A stretch of 14,235 nucleotides of DNA, taken from assembly GCA_031372065.1 (NCBI GenBank), contig JANMKN010000392.1:1-14235 (forward strand). Direction: 5' to 3'. Source of the stretch: Abditibacteriaceae bacterium (GTDB lineage Bacteria; Armatimonadota; Abditibacteriia; Abditibacteriales; Abditibacteriaceae). The notes under the pieces were generated by a model, which did no database searches, was not told where the DNA came from, and was given only the letters and a program-made list of their open reading frames with translations. The position numbers were made by a program, and so were the translations under genes. Of this stretch, positions 8,209 to 14,235 are shown piece by piece; position 1 is the first letter of the stretch, and each line of letters starts with the position of its first letter.

Positions 8209-9786
8209 TCACTTGTTTTTGCCCGCGAAAGTGTCTTGCAATTTCTTGATGTCCACATTTTGCACAGAAGTATTTTGGCTGGCTGCCAATGCCGCAGAGG
8301 TTCCGGCGGCGTGTCCGGCCATCATCCACACGCTTTCCAAGCGATAAGTGCAAAACGCGACGTGCGAATAACTGGCGGCGCCCGGCACGATTAAATTGCT
8401 GCATTCGGCGGCTTTGGGCACCAGCGCGCCATATGGAATTTGATAAGCCCAGCTAATGCGCCAAATACGGCCTTCGTTGGTGAATTCTGTTGGCGAAAGC
8501 GCCACGCGCTGCACATGATGGCAATCAATAAAATGCGAGGCCACGCCAATCGCGTCAACTTTACGACGCGGTGCCGCTTCATCTCCGACAATATCGTGTT
8601 GCGTGACGACAGTTTGTCCTTTCATGCGCCGCGCTTCGCGCACATATAGCTGATACGGGAAATGACCGTTGTCGGCGAATTCGTCTTTGTGAAAACCCCA
8701 ACTGCGCATTTCCTCGCGCACATTTTGCGGCACGCTTTCATCGTTGGCTAAAAAGAAAAGCAGGCCGAGCGTGTAATCTTTGTGGTCTTGAAAAATGATG
8801 TTGCGCTCGGCATAACTGCCATCGGGCCAGCCGAATTGCCCGCCAAAATGCCCCAGTGAAAAGATGGCGTTTTGTTTGTTGTTACATTCAAATTTGCCGT
8901 TGCGCCGCCCGTAAAATTCCAATAAATCGGTTAGTTTGACGCCTTCCTGCCTTGCCGCTTTTTCGCGCAGCCAGTTTTCGAGCAGGCGATAACGTTTGCG
9001 GTCATAATGATCCGGCGCGGCAATCGGCACTTTTTTGTCAGCATCTTGGGCACAACACAAACGAAAGTTGTAATTCATCGGCGCCGGATGCGCGGCGCCT
9101 TCTTTTAAATCTTTGGCCCACGCGCTGATGCCGGGCAGCAAATTGCCGTTTTCGTCGGTCGTTTTGGCGTGTCGCGCTTGTTTATCGAAGCGAACGCCTG
9201 CCGCGTCTTCGTTGTATTCATCGCGCGCTTCGCGGCCAAAGGTGTAACTCACGCCCGCGCGGGCCATTAAATCGCCTTCGTAGCCGGCGTCCACGAAAAC
9301 TTTGGCACCTAAAGTCGTGCCGTCATCCAAAACGATTTGTTTGATTTGTGCGCCGTCTTTGACGACTTTTTCGACGCGCTTTTCAAAAAGCAGCGTGACA
9401 TTGGCCTCGCGCAGCATTTGTGTGTAAACGCGCTCGGCAACCGACGATTCAAAATAAAATTCGGCCTTGTCCGTGCCGTAAAACTGGCCCAAACGCTCAT
9501 AAAACTCGCGCGCGATGCCGCCGAATGTCCATTTGAGCATATGCTCGCTTTCGGCAGTGTTGATGCCGCTGGTGCTGAGGCCGCCAATGTGTTTGGTCGG
9601 TTCAATCAGCAGCACTTTCGCGCCGCCGCGCGCCGCGGCAATGGCCGCCGCGATGCCGCACGGCACGCCGCCGTAAACGATGACATCGAAAGCGATTTCA
9701 GCGGCGAGAAGAGGCTGTTGTAACATGGGTAAGGCCAGCGAAAGAGAAGTCAGCGCCAGAAAATCGCGTCGCGATAAGGAAGACAT
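8209..9786 (-). CDS. Tat-exported FAD-dependent oxidoreductase (FAD_oxidored / PF12831-type)
   Basis: Tat signal MSSLSRRDFLAL...LLA-AE; FDVIVYGGVPCGIAAAIAAARGGAKVLLIE, FVDAGYEGDLMARAGV, LYVREARRM, SHVAFCTYRLE. Start reassigned to ATG at 9786. Confidence 0.9.
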   Translation of the reverse strand: MSSLSRRDFLALTSLSLALPMLQQPLLAAEIAFDVIVYGGVPCGIAAAIAAARGGAKVLLIEPTKHIGGLSTSGINTAESEHMLKWTFGGIAREFYERLGQFYGTDKAEFYFESSVAERVYTQMLREANVTLLFEKRVEKVVKDGAQIKQIVLDDGTTLGAKVFVDAGYEGDLMARAGVSYTFGREARDEYNEDAAGVRFDKQARHAKTTDENGNLLPGISAWAKDLKEGAAHPAPMNYNFRLCCAQDADKKVPIAAPDHYDRKRYRLLENWLREKAARQEGVKLTDLLEFYGRRNGKFECNNKQNAIFSLGHFGGQFGWPDGSYAERNIIFQDHKDYTLGLLFFLANDESVPQNVREEMRSWGFHKDEFADNGHFPYQLYVREARRMKGQTVVTQHDIVGDEAAPRRKVDAIGVASHFIDCHHVQRVALSPTEFTNEGRIWRISWAYQIPYGALVPKAAECSNLIVPGAASYSHVAFCTYRLESVWMMAGHAAGTSAALAASQNTSVQNVDIKKLQDTFAGKNK

Positions 9787-9822
9787 GGTTGTTATTGGAA
9801 ACGGATTTAAGCGCAGTGTTGC

Positions 9823-9831
9823 TGCTATACT
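9823..9831 (+). promoter_or_regulatory. extended -10 promoter (TGcTATACT) for the acc operon
   Basis: TGnTATACT ends 10 nt before ATG 9842 in a 55-bp divergent spacer; flanked by GCGCAG (9811-9816) / CTGCGC (9835-9840). Confidence 0.5.
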
Positions 9832-9841
9832 GCCCTGCGCC

Positions 9842-10306
9842 ATGAGCTTTTCTTCGAGTTTTTCTGTGCCCACAGTGCGCGCCATTGCAAAGTTGTTGGA
9901 CGAGGCGCAACTCAGCGAAATTGTCATCGAAACGGACGGCGCCCACGCGCCGCAGCGTCTTGTCGTGCGGCGCGAAGTCACAATGATTAGCAAGACTCCG
10001 TCTGGGGCGGTAGCGACTCCTACGGCGGAAGTTGCCACAGAAACGCCGCCCACAACCGACAGCAATTTAGTGATGGTGCCTTCGCCGACAGTCGGCTATT
10101 TTCATCACATGGAAAAACCTGTCGGCATGGGCGGTGCAGTGCGCGCCGGACAGACCATCGGCAATGTCGAAACGATGGGAATTCCCAACGATGTGGCCGC
10201 TTCGGTAGAAGGTCGCGTCGTTGAAATTTTGGTGGCCGAAGGGCAGGGCGTCGCCTTTGGTCAACCACTCTTCGTGATTGAAAAAGAATCGCCAAAGGAG
10301 TCGTAA
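9842..10306 (+). CDS. biotin carboxyl carrier protein (AccB)-like protein lacking the biotinylation lysine
   Basis: N-terminal IAKLLDEAQLSEIVIE, Ala/Pro/Thr linker, VPSPTVGYF...V..GQTIGNVETMGIPNDV.A...GRVVEILV..GQ.V.FGQPLFVI. This is the AccB architecture but with ETMG in place of EAMK. Confidence 0.88.
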   Translation: MSFSSSFSVPTVRAIAKLLDEAQLSEIVIETDGAHAPQRLVVRREVTMISKTPSGAVATPTAEVATETPPTTDSNLVMVPSPTVGYFHHMEKPVGMGGAVRAGQTIGNVETMGIPNDVAASVEGRVVEILVAEGQGVAFGQPLFVIEKESPKES

Positions 10307-10307
10307 G

Positions 10308-10859
10308 ATGCAATTTCAAAACGCGCAACGGCGCGGGCAATCGCTGGTTGGCATTTTGGTTTCGGTGTTTCTGATGATTGGCTTGGCCGTGTTTTTTCTG
10401 ATGCCGCGCGGTGGCAACGATGGCAAGCCCGGCAAAACTGTTCTGAAAAAGAGCATGGAACGGGCGCAAGATGTCGGCACGACCTCTTATGTTAGCCAAA
10501 TTCAGCAGGGCATTGACCAGATCAAATCGGATAACGACGGCAAACCGCCCGCTTCGCTGGAAGAACTCAAGCATTCTTTGAAAGATTATCCACCGGAAAT
10601 GTGGATTAATCCCGTTGATAAAAAACCGTTGCTTTACAATGCGGTAACAGGCACCATTTGCGAGGACAAAGGCACGGGTTGCCCGCCGGGCAGCGCGGCG
10701 CCTGTGGCGGCTCCGGTGGCACCGGGCGCCAACCCGGCGGCCCCCGGTTCAGCGCCTCCCTCTCCTTCTGGCCCCAGCAGTTCGGTTGGCCCCGGTGGTA
10801 TTCACATGAATATCCCCCAACCCGGCGCGGGCGCAGCGGATGCGATGAAAGACAATTAG
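10308..10859 (+). CDS. pilin/pseudopilin-like membrane-anchored protein with Pro/Ala-rich tail
   Basis: MQFQNAQRRG|QSLVGILVSVFLMIGLAVFFL (class III signal-like), helix, PPASLEEL...INPVDKKPLLY, Cys pair, low-complexity tail; AAGGAG RBS. Confidence 0.65.
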   Translation: MQFQNAQRRGQSLVGILVSVFLMIGLAVFFLMPRGGNDGKPGKTVLKKSMERAQDVGTTSYVSQIQQGIDQIKSDNDGKPPASLEELKHSLKDYPPEMWINPVDKKPLLYNAVTGTICEDKGTGCPPGSAAPVAAPVAPGANPAAPGSAPPSPSGPSSSVGPGGIHMNIPQPGAGAADAMKDN

Positions 10860-10931
10860 GTGGTGATGTGGTTGGGTGGTTAGGTTGTTGATTTAACCAC
10901 CCAACCACCCAACCAACCACCCAGCCATCTA
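10857..10931. repeat. inverted 8-mer short-repeat element
   Basis: taggtggt gatgtggt tgggtggt taggttgt facing aaccaccc aaccaccc aacc aaccaccc agccatct. Confidence 0.85.
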
Positions 10932-10935
10932 TATT

Positions 10936-12279
<1,344 letters not shown>

Positions 12280-12280
12280 G

Positions 12281-12355
12281 CAGTAGACGGTGGTCCGTGT
12301 TCAGTGAGCAGTAAATGCATTCTCTGACCACTGACCACCGATCCCTGACCACTGA
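12281..12355. repeat. inverted 7-mer short-repeat element (CTGACCA-type)
   Basis: Degenerate cagtaga cggtggt ccgtgtt cagtgag cagt facing ctgacca ctgacca ccgatcc ctgacca ctga. Confidence 0.8.
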
Positions 12356-12356
12356 A

Positions 12357-12764
12357 ATGGGCAAACGACGCAGCGGGCGAGAATTAGCTTTTCGTCTCTT
12401 ATTTCAAGCTGATGTGGGCAATTTAACGCTCGCCGAAGTCTTCTCGACGGGCCGCGAGGCCAGCGAAGCGACGGAAGAAGTTTGGCAATTCGCCACCGAA
12501 CTGGCGCGTGGTGCGTGGGAAAACCGTGCGGAAATAGACCCGATTATCACACGGTTTGCTTCCGGCTGGACGCTGGAGCGCATGGCGAATGCGGATCGCA
12601 ATCTTTTGCGTTTGGCGCTTTACGAAATCACGCAACGCGACGATATTCCGCAAAGCGTGAGCATCAACGAAGCCGTCGAACTCGCCAAAAAATACTCGAC
12701 AGCCGATTCCGCCAAATTCATCAACGGCATTTTAGGCTCCTTTGCCCGCGAAGGAGATAAATAG
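12357..12764 (+). CDS. nusB: transcription antitermination factor NusB
   Basis: MGKRRSGRELAFRLLFQ, WTLERMANADRNLLRLALYE, VSINEAVELAKKYS...KFINGILG. Confidence 0.97.
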   Translation: MGKRRSGRELAFRLLFQADVGNLTLAEVFSTGREASEATEEVWQFATELARGAWENRAEIDPIITRFASGWTLERMANADRNLLRLALYEITQRDDIPQSVSINEAVELAKKYSTADSAKFINGILGSFAREGDK

Positions 12765-12840
12765 AACGCAAATTTTCGGAAATCTTAATTAAAGACGATT
12801 CGCGTAAATTGGCGCTAAGTCGCGGAATTTGCGTTCTATT
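12760..12840. repeat. inverted repeat with internal degenerate 9-mer repeats
   Basis: Perfect 15-bp inverted repeat AATAGAACGCAAATT (12760-12774) / AATTTGCGTTCTATT (12826-12840); internal units resembling ATTCGCGTA. Confidence 0.75.
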
Positions 12841-12852
12841 AACATTGATACC

Positions 12853-13704
12853 ATGCAACTTCTTGATGGCAAAATCGCTTCGGCGGCAATTTACGAGCAA
12901 TTGCGCGAGCAAGTAGCGCAACTCAAAGAACGCGGCATCACGCCCGGACTCGGCACCATTTTAGTGGGCGATGACCCCGCCAGCGCGACTTATATCGGCG
13001 CCAAGCATCGCGCTTGCGAAGACATCGGCGTCGCTTCGATTCATCGCCAGTTGCCTGCCGCTATTTCGCAAGCAGAACTGCACGCCGAAATAGAAAACTT
13101 CAACAACGACGCGGCGGTGGACGCTTATATTATTCAACTGCCACTGCCCAAAGGCTTAAACGAAGAAGCGGCGCTTTTGGCGATGTCGCCCGACAAAGAC
13201 GCCGACGGTTTGCATCCTGTGAACTTGGGCCGCCTCGTGATGGGCGCATCTGGCCCGATTCCTTGCACGCCAGCGGGCATTGTCGAGCTTTTGGTGCATT
13301 ACGGCGTGCCGATTGAAGGGCGCCATGTAGTGATTGTCGGACGCGGCCTCACAATTGGCCGCCCGTTGGCCTTGCTTTTGGCTTTGAAGCGCCCGAACTG
13401 CAACGCGGCGGTCAGCGTGGTGCATACCGGCGTGAAAAATTTGGCCGATTACACGCGCCAAGCCGATATTATCGTGGCGGCAGCCGGTGCGCCCAATTTA
13501 ATCACGCCCGATATGATAAAACCCGGCGCGGCAGTAGTCGGCGGCGGCATCACGCGCGATGGCAGAAAAATTCTCTCGGATGTTGATGAAAGCGTCGGCG
13601 AAGTAGCCGGTTTCGTCACGCCGCGCATCGGCGGCGTCGGCCCGATGACCGTGGCGATGCTGCTTAAAAATACCGTTCTCGCCGCGCAAAAGCGAGTTTC
13701 CTGA
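12853..13704 (+). CDS. folD: bifunctional methylenetetrahydrofolate dehydrogenase/cyclohydrolase
   Basis: MQLLDGK, PGLGTILVGDDPASATY, IIQLPLP, KDADGLHP.NLGRL, PCTPAGI, TPRIGGVGPMTVAML. Confidence 0.97.
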   Translation: MQLLDGKIASAAIYEQLREQVAQLKERGITPGLGTILVGDDPASATYIGAKHRACEDIGVASIHRQLPAAISQAELHAEIENFNNDAAVDAYIIQLPLPKGLNEEAALLAMSPDKDADGLHPVNLGRLVMGASGPIPCTPAGIVELLVHYGVPIEGRHVVIVGRGLTIGRPLALLLALKRPNCNAAVSVVHTGVKNLADYTRQADIIVAAAGAPNLITPDMIKPGAAVVGGGITRDGRKILSDVDESVGEVAGFVTPRIGGVGPMTVAMLLKNTVLAAQKRVS

Positions 13705-13811
13705 GCGATGCGTGTAAGCGTTTCTTCACAGTAACAACCCTTTGTAAAGAAGCAAACTTGTTTGGCGACGAAGGAAATTCGCTTAAAATCAAGGAATTTT
13801 CCTTAAATCTA

Positions 13812-13893
13812 ACCCAAGTTGCTACTTATGGGTGGTGGCGATGGAGGTATAAGTCAAGAAACCAGCTTGCAGTAAGTAGGTAGCAACTTGGGT
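13812..13893. mobile_element. 82-bp MITE with IS630-type ends and TA target duplication
   Basis: TA|ACCCAAGTTGCTAC (13812-13825) ... GTAGCAACTTGGGT (13880-13893)|TA. The same end sequence occurs next to the transposase at 14068. Confidence 0.8.
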
Positions 13894-14066
13894 TAATTTT
13901 GCCTGCCGGAACCTTAATTCTATTCACCGGAACTCTAATTTGGCTCGCGGCAACCCTAATTCTCTTGGCGGGAACTCTAATTCTGTTCACCGGAACCTTA
14001 ATTTTGCCCACCGGAACCTTAATTCTGTTCACTGGAACTCTAATTTCTCCTACCGGAACCTTAATT
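13893..14066. repeat. 8 x 21-bp degenerate tandem repeat (YTAATT-N9-GGAACY)
   Basis: Units start at 13893, 13914, 13935, 13956, 13977, 13998, 14019 and 14040, with a partial unit at 14061; exact 21-bp period and no indels. Confidence 0.95.
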
Positions 14067-14067
14067 A

Positions 14068-14235
14068 ACCCAAGTTGCTACTGCCTCAAACGGTAGGATT
14101 TGATAGAGTGGGGTAAAGCCTCCTGAGTTTGATTCTGGCGTCTTGGTTTGTGAAGTGCCAGTTGATTTTGGCGGTGTTGGCATTTCGATTGTCCTGCCAG
14201 AGTTGGACGGCGTGTTGGACTTGTGGGCGAGTGAG
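14068..14235 (-). mobile_element. IS630-family insertion sequence, right end (continues beyond window)
   Basis: TA followed by terminal repeat ACCCAAGTTGCTAC (14068-14081), immediately downstream of the transposase stop codon. Confidence 0.8.
14086..14235 (-). CDS. IS630-family transposase, C-terminal 49 aa
   Basis: Manual translation LTRPQVQHAVQLWQDNRNANTAKINWHFTNQDARIKLRRLYPTLSNPTV* matches the IS630 C-terminal signature W..RN.....INW.FT..DARIKL.RLYP. Confidence 0.88.
   Translation of the reverse strand, partial: LTRPQVQHAVQLWQDNRNANTAKINWHFTNQDARIKLRRLYPTLSNPTV

Noticed and set aside
9787..10065. N-terminal extension of the 618-aa ORF, and the 9680 start for the accB-like gene
   Set aside because: The two extensions would overlap the opposite gene. 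The Tat signal fixes the start at 9786 and AccB homology begins near 9842.
13720..13770. Rho-independent terminator after folD
   Set aside because: Only a weak, mismatched stem and no U-tract.
13893..14066. CRISPR or TIGR-type guide array
   Set aside because: The period is only 21 bp, the 9-bp variable cores are related to one another, no box C/D-like motifs are evident, and no cas or Nop-domain gene is in the window.
13880..14081. Single MITE made of the 19-bp inverted repeat enclosing the array
   Set aside because: The TA dinucleotides and the transposase position indicate outward-facing ends of two separate elements.

Overview
Bacterial chromosomal window with core genes at both ends and an accessory block between them. 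Left (minus strand): obg then proB, which is truncated at the window edge. Right (plus strand): accB-like, a pilin-like gene, accC, nusB and folD. The accessory block holds a coupled cytoplasmic trypsin-like protease/zinc-ribbon gene plus YbjN/CesT-like gene, manC, a Gfo/Idh/MocA oxidoreductase, a secreted BNR-4/PL25-like beta-propeller lyase, a DUF2007 gene and a Tat-exported FAD oxidoreductase. Most notable: (1) the accB-like protein has no biotin-acceptor lysine (ETMG instead of EAMK); (2) the protease/YbjN pair sits upstream of obg; (3) an 8 x 21-bp repeat array lies between an 82-bp IS630-type MITE and the end of its cognate IS630 element; (4) an ISAs1-like MITE; (5) inverted 7-9-mer short-repeat elements in many gene junctions. 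The lineage might be Armatimonadota/Abditibacteriota-like, but this is a weak impression only. Family assignments come from recognised motifs; no database search was run.
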